A stretch of DNA of 64,000 bases from Candidatus Thiodiazotropha sp. (ex Monitilora ramsayi) (GCA_025655595.1 JAHXIO010000033.1:1569-65568); one strand, 5' to 3'; positions 18,740 through 29,108 are shown, counted from the stretch's first letter. The notes: a model not told the origin generated them from the sequence alone. Numbers and translations are program-made.

Positions 18740-19891
18740 TCAGATCCCTAACTGATTGAAGAGAATAGTGGTGATAGCATCCCAGACCACGATCAAAAGA
18801 ATTGCAGTAACCGTTGCGGAAGTGGTTGCATTTCCCACAGCCGATGAGTTCTTACCGCTCTGCAGTCCTCTAAGACAACCTGCCATGGCGATCACGACAG
18901 CGAAGATCAGGCTTTTCACAAGTCCGACTGCAACATCGCCCAAGTCCATGGATTCCTGTGTCTGTATCAGATATTCAAGAAAGGTAATATCCAACACCAG
19001 CACACCCACCAGCATACCGCCGATGATAGCCAATACATCCGCCCAGATTGTTAACAAGGGTAACATCAGGACGAGCGCAAGGGTGCGCGGTAACACCAGA
19101 AAATCCATCACCGAGATTCCAAAGGTCTTCAGTGCGTCGATTTCGTCATTGACCTGCATGGTGCCGAGTTGTGCCGCATAGGCAGATCCTGTTCGCCCGG
19201 CCATGATAATGGCCGTCATCATGGCACCCATCTCCCTGACCGAACCCAGCCCGACCAGATTCGCTACATAGATCTCGGCACCGAACATCTGCAGTTGTAC
19301 CGCACCCACAAAAGCGAGCACCGCTCCCACAAGCACACCGATCAGTGAGACGATAGGTAGCGCATCCGGCCCGGCTGATTGCAGGAAACGTACAAAATCA
19401 ATACCGCGGAAGCTTGCCCTGCCAACCAGCAGGCGACCTGTGGAGAGCGCCAACTCTCCCACGAAGGTGTTGAATATCAATAATTCGTTCCAGGCATTGA
19501 GAGCATACGCCCCCAACCGATGCAGTATGGAATCGCCCCCCTGTCTTCGGCTGGCGCCCTCCCTCTCAGGAACAGCCCGAGCAAGTTTTAACAGTCTACG
19601 GGCGCCATCCGGCAGCGTCGAGATGTCGAGCGCGATCTGGCGATCCGCAACAAAGTCTGAGAGATTCTGCAGAAGTGTCAGTAAGCGGCTATCCCATTCT
19701 CCCAAGGCCTGGCTATCGAGGCGAATCTCTCTAAGATCGTCGCGCCCCTCCAGTTCCTGCCGAAGGCTCTCCCACTCGATCTGTGCCCTACCCAGGGTCC
19801 AATCTCCTTTCAGGGAAAGCAAAGCAGTATCGGTAGCGGGATAAGACAATTTCAGTGAGTGTTCTGTCACCGCCTGGTGTTTCCTTCTCAA
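18740..19891 (-). CDS. MlaE-family ABC permease with an N-terminal STAS (MlaB-like) domain
   Basis: The C-terminal ~260 aa form an MlaE-type permease (REMGAMMTAIIMAGRTGSAYAAQLGTMQVNDEIDAL). The N-terminal ~110 aa are STAS-like (LLSLKGDWTL....IRLDSQALGEWDSRLLTLL). Confidence 0.85.
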   Translation of the reverse strand: MRRKHQAVTEHSLKLSYPATDTALLSLKGDWTLGRAQIEWESLRQELEGRDDLREIRLDSQALGEWDSRLLTLLQNLSDFVADRQIALDISTLPDGARRLLKLARAVPEREGASRRQGGDSILHRLGAYALNAWNELLIFNTFVGELALSTGRLLVGRASFRGIDFVRFLQSAGPDALPIVSLIGVLVGAVLAFVGAVQLQMFGAEIYVANLVGLGSVREMGAMMTAIIMAGRTGSAYAAQLGTMQVNDEIDALKTFGISVMDFLVLPRTLALVLMLPLLTIWADVLAIIGGMLVGVLVLDITFLEYLIQTQESMDLGDVAVGLVKSLIFAVVIAMAGCLRGLQSGKNSSAVGNATTSATVTAILLIVVWDAITTILFNQLGI

Positions 19892-20083
19892 TTCCGGTAC
19901 TCCATCTTCCGGTTGCCCTGACGGGCAGTCAAGCCTTTAAAGGTGCTCTACACCTGACGTTAACTTAAGTTTTTAAATCCCACAGCCGCTACAATTTTCA
20001 TGAAAAAAACGAATTAGCCACACCGTTGTAGATCGACATGCCTTGTTTATACGGCTAAAAAGCCTGGACAGTGAACAAATCAA

Positions 20084-21814
20084 ATGAATAGCGCCCCCAC
20101 CGAAAAACGCCTCGCCTTGATCGTTGAGGATGAAGATACAAACCGGCTCATCCTGAAATCTCTGGTCAAAAAGCAGGGATATCATGTGGTGGAGGCAAAG
20201 AATGGTGCCGAGGCAGTCCAGTGCTTCCATGAGCACGAGCCCGATCTCATTTTCATGGACGTCATGATGCCGGTGATGGACGGCTATGAAGCCACCAGCC
20301 GGATCAAAGAGGCAGCAGGAGATCACTTCGTACCCATCATCTTCCTGACCGCCATGTCGGATGAAAAGGCCCTGGCCCGTTGTGTCGAGGTGGGTGGGGA
20401 CGATTTTCTGGCCAAGCCCTTCAGCTTTACCCTGCTTTCCGCCAAGGTGAAGGCAATGGAGCGTATCCGTTCCCTGCATCAGGCCACACGAGCACTCTAC
20501 AGCCGCATGCAGCGGGACGAGGAGATTGCCGAACAGGTCTTCAGCGGCGCAGTGGTAGCGGGTAATGTGGCATTGGATCAGATACGCAGCCTGCTGAAAC
20601 CTGCCAGCGTATTCAGTGGGGATCTTTTGTTGACGGCCTTCGCGCCCTCACACGATCTTCATGTCCTGCTTGGGGATTTCACCGGCCACGGCCTGGCTGC
20701 GGCCCTTGGAGCATTACCGACATCGGAAGTGTTCCGGTCCATGACGGCCAAAGGGTTTGCACCCCAACAGATCCTGTATGCCATCAACAATAAGCTGCAC
20801 GATCTGCTCCCCACCGGTATGTTCCTCGCCACACAGTTCGTCAAAGTCGACTACCACCTCGATCATATAATGATCATCAACTGCGGCATGCCTGATTGCT
20901 TTGTCATTGACCATAAAAAAGGGGTTATCAAACAGACAATCGTCTCCCAATCATTACCCTTGGGAATAGCCTCTGATATCTACTTCAAGGATGAAATCCA
21001 CTATGTGCCGGTCGAAACCGGCGACAGAGTGATACTGGCCACAGATGGCGTCACAGAGGCACGCAACGCAGCTGGGGAGTACTTCGGCGAGGAGCGACTG
21101 ATTCAATCCTTCAGTCATTGCCGGGAGGATGCCTACTTAATCGACAAATTGGAAAATAATCTGGAGCAATTTTGTCAGGATGCACCTCAGGATGACGATA
21201 TCAGTGTGGTCGAAATCCCCTTGATTAGTGAACTCCTGCCCGGTTGGGAAAAAACACAGCTCCCTTCACTCCCCGATAGGGAACAACCGGAAGCCTTTTT
21301 GATGCAAGGGCACGATGACTGTATTGAGTTCCATCTCACCTTACATGGAAGACAACTTCGCAATGCGGACCCGGTCCCGATAGTCATCAACTACATCCAG
21401 GAGACTGCTGGGCTGCACGAACATCGCCGCCCGCTCTTTACCATACTGACCGAACTCTATGTCAACGCTCTGGATCACGGCATTCTGCACCTCGACTCCA
21501 AGATCAAACAGGGCGAGGACGGTTTTACCAACTACTTCCAACAGCGGGAGTCTAGGCTTCAGTCGCTGACCCATGGGCAGATACGAATTGGACTGCGCAT
21601 TCACACGCTGGAGGATGGTGGATATATGGTGATACAGATTGAGGACAGCGGACATGGTTTCGATTTCCATCTGCATGAAAGCAAGCCTGCAGATGAAGAC
21701 CTCTTCAGCGGTCGTGGTATCCTATTGGTAAAATCGCTCTGTAAAGAGCTCAACTACGTCAAACCGGGCAATAAAGCTGAAGCTGTCTACGTCTGGAGTG
21801 ACCTCAACGATTGA
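20084..21814 (+). CDS. HsbR-like response regulator: REC + PP2C/SpoIIE phosphatase + RsbW-type HATPase (Ser kinase) domains
   Basis: REC domain: LIVEDEDTNR...LIFMDVMMPVMDG. PP2C domain: SGDLLL...LLGDFTGHGLAAAL...LATDGVTEA. C-terminal HATPase_c_2 domain: ELYVNALDHG...IEDSGHGFD...GRGILLV. This is the same architecture as P. aeruginosa HsbR. Confidence 0.85.
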   Translation: MNSAPTEKRLALIVEDEDTNRLILKSLVKKQGYHVVEAKNGAEAVQCFHEHEPDLIFMDVMMPVMDGYEATSRIKEAAGDHFVPIIFLTAMSDEKALARCVEVGGDDFLAKPFSFTLLSAKVKAMERIRSLHQATRALYSRMQRDEEIAEQVFSGAVVAGNVALDQIRSLLKPASVFSGDLLLTAFAPSHDLHVLLGDFTGHGLAAALGALPTSEVFRSMTAKGFAPQQILYAINNKLHDLLPTGMFLATQFVKVDYHLDHIMIINCGMPDCFVIDHKKGVIKQTIVSQSLPLGIASDIYFKDEIHYVPVETGDRVILATDGVTEARNAAGEYFGEERLIQSFSHCREDAYLIDKLENNLEQFCQDAPQDDDISVVEIPLISELLPGWEKTQLPSLPDREQPEAFLMQGHDDCIEFHLTLHGRQLRNADPVPIVINYIQETAGLHEHRRPLFTILTELYVNALDHGILHLDSKIKQGEDGFTNYFQQRESRLQSLTHGQIRIGLRIHTLEDGGYMVIQIEDSGHGFDFHLHESKPADEDLFSGRGILLVKSLCKELNYVKPGNKAEAVYVWSDLND

Positions 21815-21907
21815 CGAGTCCAACAACCCTATCGACTAGGGATATGTCTATACTGGTTATCCTGGGGCCTGTTAACAACAATTTGATCGTCACTGCTGGG
21901 CAAGGAT

Positions 21908-23098
21908 ATGGCAAAGACCCTGATTACCGACTCCTCCGAGGGCACAACCACACCGTTCCTCAGAGGCATACTGACGCGGTCACTCACCGACGCTGGACTC
22001 TCTTTTCAGCGCGCATACGAGCTCTCCAGTGAAATTCGCCAACAAATCAGTGACAAATCCAACATCACGACACAAGAGCTGCGTAGTCTAGTCCTGGGTG
22101 AACTCAGAAATCTCAATGAAACCGATATTATCGAGGCCTACGAATCCAGCGGCCAGGTGGCCACCATCAGAGTGCGAAACCGTGCCGGCGAAACTTCACC
22201 CTTCTCCCGTATTGAACATCGTCGTTCACTGACTTCCACCGGACTCTCCGCCGACAAAGCAACTTTCATAACGCAGTCCCTCTATCATCAGCTTGCGGAC
22301 TCTCAACAGGAGGAGGTGCACAGCAATGATATCGGTAAGCTGACCTATGAAGAATTAAAACGAAAATACGGCAAAGACGCCGCAAAACGATATCTCATTT
22401 GGATAGACTACAAACGCAGTAGCCGCCCTCTTATCCTCTTGATCGGCGGCACAACCGGTTGCGGAAAAAGCACAATCGCCACAGAGGTCGCCCATCGGCT
22501 CGGTATCATACGCACCCAATCCACCGACATGCTGCGTGAAGTGATGCGCATGCTGATACCTGAGCGCCTGCTACCTGCACTGCATACTTCTTCTTTCAAC
22601 GCCTGGCGCAAGATGCCCTCGATCAAAGAGGTCAAAGAGATCACTGAAGAGCTGATGATTACTGGATACCTGCATCAGTCCGAATTGCTTTCCGTACCTT
22701 GTGAAGCGGTTGTTCAAAGGGCGTTGAACGAGAGAGTTTCACTGATTGTCGAAGGCGTGCATGTTCATCCCGCCCTGATTGATCGGTTCGAACAGTCAGA
22801 AGATGCCCTTATCGTGCCGATCATGCTTGCCGTCCTGAAACAGGACAAGCTCAAGCTACAACTCAAAGGCAGGGGTGTCACCGCACCTAAACGCAGTGAA
22901 GAAAGCAAATACATCACCAACTTCGATTACATATGGCTACTACAGTCCTATCTATTATCAGAAGCGGACAACAGTGCCATGCATATTATTGAAAACAACG
23001 ACAAAGAGAAGACGACAGACCGGGTGATGCGATCCATCATCGAGGTACTGCAAAATGACTTCACTGCCAAGGTGGATGATGTCTTCAGCATAGAATAA
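21908..23098 (+). CDS. 2-phosphoglycerate kinase-like protein (archaeal 2PGK family: ATP-cone plus P-loop kinase)
   Basis: TPFLRGILTRSLT, RYLIW, PLILLIGGTTGCGKSTIATEVAHRLGI..TQSTDMLREVMR..LLPALHTSSFNAW and IVEGVHV are collinear with methanogen 2-phosphoglycerate kinase. Confidence 0.75.
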   Translation: MAKTLITDSSEGTTTPFLRGILTRSLTDAGLSFQRAYELSSEIRQQISDKSNITTQELRSLVLGELRNLNETDIIEAYESSGQVATIRVRNRAGETSPFSRIEHRRSLTSTGLSADKATFITQSLYHQLADSQQEEVHSNDIGKLTYEELKRKYGKDAAKRYLIWIDYKRSSRPLILLIGGTTGCGKSTIATEVAHRLGIIRTQSTDMLREVMRMLIPERLLPALHTSSFNAWRKMPSIKEVKEITEELMITGYLHQSELLSVPCEAVVQRALNERVSLIVEGVHVHPALIDRFEQSEDALIVPIMLAVLKQDKLKLQLKGRGVTAPKRSEESKYITNFDYIWLLQSYLLSEADNSAMHIIENNDKEKTTDRVMRSIIEVLQNDFTAKVDDVFSIE

Positions 23099-23115
23099 TA
23101 GACAGGGGTAAACCT

Positions 23116-24390
23116 ATGGCAATCTCCTATCAAGGCCTGATAATAATCATCGATGGTTTGGGCGACAGGGGAATCCCAGGCTTTGGAGGGCAGACGCCGC
23201 TTGAGGCAGCCGACACACCAAACATGGACAGGCTTGCCGATGCCGGCCAATGCGGTCTTATCGATCCGCTTCACAGCGGTATGCCGGTTGGCACCCACAC
23301 CGGTATTGGCCTGCTCTTCGGATTGCCGAAAAGGCAGGCTCTCAAGCTCGCACGCGGTCCGGTGGAGGCCTCCGGCATTGGCATCAGCCACAAAGAGCAC
23401 AACATCTACATCCGCTGTAATTTCGCCACTCTGGAAAAGACGAATGAAGGATATGCCATTATCGACCGACGCGCCGGTCGAGTGGACGAGGGATTCGCTA
23501 AATTGGCATCGGAATTGGGGTCAATCGACCTCGGTGAGGGCATCCAGGCAAGCTTACATCCCGCAACTCAACATCGAGCCGTTCTACAACTGAGTGGCGA
23601 TCAACTCTCTCACCGAATCTCTAATACGGATCCCGGCAACAAGTATCGCACACAGGGTGTTCGTAGATGTGATGCACTGAGTGCGGACGATACAGCAGCC
23701 GTTCGCACAGCTGATGCAGTCAACCGAGTGACAGACCACGTCTATGATCTCTTTTCGACTCATCCGATCAACCAACTGCGAATCGAAAAAGGTTATTTGC
23801 CCGCGAACGGCATCATCTGCAGAAGTCCTGGCGAATGGCTTAATTTCAGATCACTGATACAACACTTTAAAATCAATGCTGCAGTCATCTCAGGAGAGCA
23901 GACCGTCCTCGGTCTTGGCAAACTCTTCGGTTTCACCCTTTTTCGCGATCCCTGTTTTACTGCCCTGCCCGACACAGACCTGCAGAAGAAAATTGAAACG
24001 ACCCAAGCCGCTCTGCAATCTCATGATCTGGTTTTCCTACACATCAAGGGGCCTGATATCTGCTCTCACGATCAGGATCCGGCGGCCAAGCGATTAATGC
24101 TTTCAAAAATCGACGACGCCATAGCACCACTGATGAGTGAATCCCTGGTTATCGGCATTACCGGTGATCATTCCACCGACAGCAATACAGGCAGACATAC
24201 AGGTGACCCTGTCCCCGGTCTTATCTATGGCCCGCAGTGCAGAGTCGATGCATCCCATGCTTTCGGTGAAGCCTCTTGTGTTTCCGGTGGACTGAGCCGT
24301 ATTGACAGCACGGGTTTCCTACTCACGATGCTGGACCACATGAACCGTCTGGAAAACCTAAGAATGGAGGATCGAGACTTTTTTCTTTGA
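23116..24390 (+). CDS. archaeal-type cofactor-independent phosphoglycerate mutase-like protein (ApgM; alkaline-phosphatase superfamily)
   Basis: LIIIIDGLGDRG....TPLEAADTPNMDRLA...G and ITGDHSTD are typical of the ApgM/'metalloenzyme' family. The putative nucleophile segment reads GTHTG rather than the GSD I recall for ApgM. Confidence 0.7.
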   Translation: MAISYQGLIIIIDGLGDRGIPGFGGQTPLEAADTPNMDRLADAGQCGLIDPLHSGMPVGTHTGIGLLFGLPKRQALKLARGPVEASGIGISHKEHNIYIRCNFATLEKTNEGYAIIDRRAGRVDEGFAKLASELGSIDLGEGIQASLHPATQHRAVLQLSGDQLSHRISNTDPGNKYRTQGVRRCDALSADDTAAVRTADAVNRVTDHVYDLFSTHPINQLRIEKGYLPANGIICRSPGEWLNFRSLIQHFKINAAVISGEQTVLGLGKLFGFTLFRDPCFTALPDTDLQKKIETTQAALQSHDLVFLHIKGPDICSHDQDPAAKRLMLSKIDDAIAPLMSESLVIGITGDHSTDSNTGRHTGDPVPGLIYGPQCRVDASHAFGEASCVSGGLSRIDSTGFLLTMLDHMNRLENLRMEDRDFFL

Positions 24391-24506
24391 TTTGTGGAAT
24401 CAAACCAAAGCTTTTTGCACACAGATACGGCTTAAAGGCATATACTTATTCGATATCAATTAAAATTACTTAATCGTCAGCCGGATCCACAGAAACTGAT
24501 ACCACT

Positions 24507-26735
24507 ATGACACAAGCCAATCCTAAAACCACTGAACCTGACGTCATCCATGAAGAAATCCCACAGGCAGAGAATAGATTAGACCTTGATGATGCTTCCC
24601 TATATCTCAATCGTGAGCTGACCTGGCTTGCCTTCAACAGCCGCGTGTTGAACGAGGCAGACCAGACAAGAAACCCACTTTTGGAAAGGGTTAAATTCCT
24701 CGCCATCGTCAATAACAATCTTGACGAATTTTTCATGAAGCGTATCGGCGGTCTGAAACAGCTTGTTGCTGCAGGTCTGACAACACCTGCCATCGATGGC
24801 AGGTCACCCACCCAGCAACTGATTGAATGTCACGAAACCATACGAGCCATGCAGCGCGAGCAACAGCGTATCTATTTCGATCTCGTTGACCTTCTTGAAG
24901 CGTCTGATATCAAAATCACTGAATACAAACGACTCAACAAAACCAATCAGCAACAGCTGCGAGACCACTTCCAGCAGAATATCTTCCCTATGCTGACACC
25001 ATTGGCGATGGATCCCAGCCATCCCTTCCCGTTCATCTCCAATCTGACACTCAATCTGCTTGTCACTCTGCGTTTTCCCGGCGGACACGATATCCATATG
25101 GCAAGGGTAAAAGTCCCGGTGAGCAAAGAGGTGTCACCGCGTATGATCAGAGTTGGGGAGGATAACACTTTCATCACATTGGATGACCTCATCGCCAATA
25201 ACTTGGACATGCTCTTTCCCGGTATGGAAATTGAATCCTGTAACCTGTTCCGCGTCACTCGCAACGCCAATGTCGAGCTCGACCAGGAGTCGGCAAACGA
25301 CCTGCTGGAGATGATCGAGATCGAGCTGCGGGAACGGCACTTCGCACCCATAGTACGCCTTGAAGTGTCCAAGGGAATGAATCCGACACATCGCGGCATG
25401 TTGGCGGCGGAGCTGGGACTGAACGAGACACAGGACGTGTTTGAAGTGGACTGCATGATGGCCATGAAGGACCTCTTCGAACTGGCCATGCTGAATATTC
25501 CCGATTTAAGGGATGTACCCCATCATGCCGTCGACCACCCTCAGCTTGCCCATGACAGGCGAAATATCTTTCACATCATTCGCGACCATGGCTCTCTGCT
25601 GCTGCAGCACCCTTATGAGTCTTTCAATACCACTGTGGAACGCTTCCTACGCACTGCCGCAGAAGATCCCAAAGTACTCGCCATCAAGATGACCCTCTAC
25701 CGGACATCTGCGGATGGAAATATACTTAACTCTCTGATCAAAGCCGCACGCAACGGTAAACAAGTAGCAGTGCTGGTCGAACTGAAGGCGAGATTCGACG
25801 AAGCGGCCAACATCCGCTGGGCCAGACGATTGGAACAGGCCGGTATTCATGTCACATATGGCGTCATAGGACTCAAGACCCATAGCAAATTGATCATGGT
25901 TATCCGCAAGGACTACTCTCAACTGCGGCGCTATTACCACATCGGAACAGGGAACTACCATGCAGGTACGGCACGCCTATATACGGACCTGGGTGTACTT
26001 GGTTGCGACGAATCGATTGGTCAGGACCTGACCGAACTGTTCAACTATCTGACAGGCTACTCCCCACCACCCAGCTATCGAAAAATACTCGCTGCCCCTT
26101 ATACTCTGAAGCAGTCTCTGCTCAGTAAGATCGAGCGTGAGATAAAGGTTCACAGTGCAGAAAATCCCGGTCTGATTCAGATGAAGATGAATGCACTGGA
26201 AGACAAAGACATTGTTAAGGCCCTCTACAAAGCCACACAGGCGGGTGTCAAGGTTCAGTTGATCGTCAGGGATACTTGCCGTTTCCGCCCCGGTATTCCT
26301 GGATTGAGTGAGAGCGGCAGTGTGGTAAGTATTGTCGGGCGCTTTCTTGAGCACGCGCGCATCACCTACTTCCAGAACGGTGGGGATGAGGAATACTTTA
26401 TCGGTTCAGCAGATCTGATGCAGAGAAATCTCATGAAGCGGGTCGAAGTTCTGGCACCGGTCGAGCCCCCTGCCCTTCGCCAGGAACTACGCCTGATGCT
26501 CGATGTTCAACTTGTCGACAAACACGCTGCATGGGACATGCAGCCTGACGGTACCTATATTCGGCGTACACCCTCCGAAGATGACAAGTCACTCAACTGC
26601 CAGGAGACGCTGGTTGGCGTTGCTGAGCGCAGGCTGGAGGCATCGAAGAAGCATAAGGAGAAGCGTATGCGAGAAAAGCTGATGTATCATTTTAAATATC
26701 GGCTCAAGAATCACGATACCAACGGAGGTAATTGA
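24507..26735 (+). CDS. ppk: polyphosphate kinase 1
   Basis: YLNRELTWLAFNSRVL, ERVKFLAIVNNNLDEFFMKR, two PLD-like HKD-type domains (GLKTHSKL; GRFLEHARI), ~740 aa. Confidence 0.95.
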   Translation: MTQANPKTTEPDVIHEEIPQAENRLDLDDASLYLNRELTWLAFNSRVLNEADQTRNPLLERVKFLAIVNNNLDEFFMKRIGGLKQLVAAGLTTPAIDGRSPTQQLIECHETIRAMQREQQRIYFDLVDLLEASDIKITEYKRLNKTNQQQLRDHFQQNIFPMLTPLAMDPSHPFPFISNLTLNLLVTLRFPGGHDIHMARVKVPVSKEVSPRMIRVGEDNTFITLDDLIANNLDMLFPGMEIESCNLFRVTRNANVELDQESANDLLEMIEIELRERHFAPIVRLEVSKGMNPTHRGMLAAELGLNETQDVFEVDCMMAMKDLFELAMLNIPDLRDVPHHAVDHPQLAHDRRNIFHIIRDHGSLLLQHPYESFNTTVERFLRTAAEDPKVLAIKMTLYRTSADGNILNSLIKAARNGKQVAVLVELKARFDEAANIRWARRLEQAGIHVTYGVIGLKTHSKLIMVIRKDYSQLRRYYHIGTGNYHAGTARLYTDLGVLGCDESIGQDLTELFNYLTGYSPPPSYRKILAAPYTLKQSLLSKIEREIKVHSAENPGLIQMKMNALEDKDIVKALYKATQAGVKVQLIVRDTCRFRPGIPGLSESGSVVSIVGRFLEHARITYFQNGGDEEYFIGSADLMQRNLMKRVEVLAPVEPPALRQELRLMLDVQLVDKHAAWDMQPDGTYIRRTPSEDDKSLNCQETLVGVAERRLEASKKHKEKRMREKLMYHFKYRLKNHDTNGGN

Positions 26736-27214
26736 TGCCGGACACGCAGAAAAATAAAAAAATACTGGCGGCTGTCGACTTTTCAGACGATTCCGCCAGT
26801 GCCGCCGTCTATGCGGCAGGGATTGCAAAGCGCCTGGACAACTCCCTGATCATACTGCACGTTGTTCATGACCAGGCTGGCTCGCCAGGATACTATTCTG
26901 ATAAGAAAATCAAAAAAGGAGAGAAAAAAAGACTCAAGCGACTGGAGGAGATCGCTGCCGAGATGATGGATGAGTTCATACAAAAATTGATCGATGGCCA
27001 TTCCGATCTCAAAACCGTCTTAAAGAAAGCTGAGCTGGTGATCGTGTCTGGTCTTACCGTCACGAAGATCTTGCAGGTCGTCGAGAAAATGTCACCCGAA
27101 ATGCTTGTGCTTGGTAATCGTGGACGTACCAGTCTCAAACATATATTGCTGGGCTCCAAAGCCGAGCAGTTGGTTCGTCTGTGTCAGATTCCAGTAACCC
27201 TGGTAAAGAAGTGA
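26735..27214 (+). CDS. universal stress protein (UspA family)
   Basis: ILAAVDFSDDS....LIILHV....LVLGNRGRTSLKHILLGSKAEQLVR. The ATG at 26735 overlaps the ppk stop (TGATG), with GGAGG 7 nt upstream. Confidence 0.85.
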   Translation: MPDTQKNKKILAAVDFSDDSASAAVYAAGIAKRLDNSLIILHVVHDQAGSPGYYSDKKIKKGEKKRLKRLEEIAAEMMDEFIQKLIDGHSDLKTVLKKAELVIVSGLTVTKILQVVEKMSPEMLVLGNRGRTSLKHILLGSKAEQLVRLCQIPVTLVKK

Positions 27215-29034
27215 TTGGTAACGTCACTTCACAGTTATTGCGTGTCATCGGACATCCCGCAGCAGTCTTTAAACTGATACTCACGGGATTTGCGCTTTTC
27301 GTTTTCTGTCACTCCGCATACGCAGAGGATCCGCTCACCGCATCGCCTGACTGGGTCAGGATGACGATCCAGCTCTTCGGGGGACTGGCACTGTTTCTCT
27401 TCGGCATGGAACAGATGGCGGGGGCATTGAAGTCTGTCGCCGGTGAACGAATGAAGCTGGTTTTGGCGAAACTGACCAGCAATCGCTTCATGGGAGCGAT
27501 TACTGGCGCCTTTGTCACTGCCGTGATCCAATCATCCTCTGTCACCACAGTGCTTGTTGTCGGCTTTATCTCAGCCGGCCTGATGTCTATGGCCCAGTCT
27601 GTCGGTGTGATCATGGGCGCCAACATCGGCACTACCATTACCGCTCAGATCGTCGCCTTCAAGATCACCAAATACGCCATGTTGATGGTCGCTGTCGGTT
27701 TTGGCGCCTGGTTCTTTTCGAACAATGACAGGATCAAACATTACGGCGCTATGATCATGGGGCTGGGCCTGATCTTTTTCGGCATGAGCATCATGAGCGA
27801 CGCCATGCATCCGCTCCGCACCTATCAACCCTTTCTTGATCTGATGGTCAAGATGGAGAACCCCTTTATCGGTATCATCATTGCGGCCCTGTTTACAGCG
27901 CTTGTCCAGTCATCATCCGCCACCACCGGTATCGTCATTGTCATGGCGAGCCAGGGATTCATCACTTTACCTGCGGGCATTGCTTTGGCGTTCGGTGCCA
28001 ACATAGGTACCTGCGTTACCGCCATGCTGGCAGCGATCGGAAAGCCGCGCGAAGCCATCCGGGCAGCGCTGGTACATGTGTTGTTCAATATCGCCGGTGT
28101 GCTCCTCTGGATCGCCTTCATCCCCCACCTGGCAGAGATGGTGATGTTGATTTCACCCGTCTCCTCCGATTTGCCGGAAAGCGCCCGACTGGCAGCGGAC
28201 ACACCCCGACAGATCGCCAATGCCCATACCATCTTCAATCTGGCTAATACACTGATTTTTATCGGCTTTATTGGTAGCTTTGCCCGCCTGGTGGAAATAC
28301 TGGTTCCCGACAAACCGTTAGAAGAAGAACCCATCACCAAGCCGCGCTATCTAGATGAGGAATTACTCGAAACTCCTTCTCTGGCACTCGATATGGCCAG
28401 ACTTGAGATTAGCCGGGCCGGGACGCAGGTTGAGGCCATGCTAACTGAGATCATGCCTGCCATGCTCGACAGCGACAAACCCAAACTCGCGTCGATTCGT
28501 GAGATGGACGAAAAGGTCGATGTACTCCATCAGCATATTGTCAGCTATCTCGGCCGCCTCAGTCGGAAGGCGCTCTCCGAATCTCAATCTGCTTCTATTT
28601 TGAGACTGATGTCAATTGTGAATGACCTGGAAAATCTGGCCGATCTGATTGAGCGGGATCTGGTGGGCCTGGGGCACAAAATCATCCAGGAACAGCTGAA
28701 AATCAGTCCTGAGACCCAACGCATGCTTCACCATCTGCATACCCAGATCTCACAGGCAGTTGCGCTTGCCATGAGAGCAGTCAAGATGCACGATCAGCAT
28801 AGGGCCGACCAGGTAATCGGTATGAAGACCACCGTGGACCAGCTGTTTGACGCTGCATCCAGTCATCAGGCCACCCGCTTAGTGGCAGATGCCCCCAACC
28901 GGTTATCGACCTATACCCTGGAAGTGGAAATCATCGAGAAGCTAAGGCGTATCTACCATTTTGCCGACAGAATTGCCCAGCTTGTGGAACACGATGCCTC
29001 GGCCATTGGCGAGATGGAGGCAGTCACGGATTAA
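27211..29034 (+). CDS. Na+/phosphate cotransporter family protein with a C-terminal PhoU-like domain
   Basis: It has two Na_Pi_cotrans repeats (LFGGLALFLFGMEQM; QSSSVTT / QSSSATTG) and a PhoU-like helical C-terminus. The start is uncertain: GTG at 27181, GTG at 27211 (overlapping the usp stop) or ATG at 27361. Confidence 0.85.
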   Translation: MIGNVTSQLLRVIGHPAAVFKLILTGFALFVFCHSAYAEDPLTASPDWVRMTIQLFGGLALFLFGMEQMAGALKSVAGERMKLVLAKLTSNRFMGAITGAFVTAVIQSSSVTTVLVVGFISAGLMSMAQSVGVIMGANIGTTITAQIVAFKITKYAMLMVAVGFGAWFFSNNDRIKHYGAMIMGLGLIFFGMSIMSDAMHPLRTYQPFLDLMVKMENPFIGIIIAALFTALVQSSSATTGIVIVMASQGFITLPAGIALAFGANIGTCVTAMLAAIGKPREAIRAALVHVLFNIAGVLLWIAFIPHLAEMVMLISPVSSDLPESARLAADTPRQIANAHTIFNLANTLIFIGFIGSFARLVEILVPDKPLEEEPITKPRYLDEELLETPSLALDMARLEISRAGTQVEAMLTEIMPAMLDSDKPKLASIREMDEKVDVLHQHIVSYLGRLSRKALSESQSASILRLMSIVNDLENLADLIERDLVGLGHKIIQEQLKISPETQRMLHHLHTQISQAVALAMRAVKMHDQHRADQVIGMKTTVDQLFDAASSHQATRLVADAPNRLSTYTLEVEIIEKLRRIYHFADRIAQLVEHDASAIGEMEAVTD

Positions 29035-29108
29035 GGTCTGAGACCATGCTTAATTGCTACTGATATTTACGTACCAGCCAGGGCAGAAGAAGCGCTGTTA
29101 GGTTCTAA

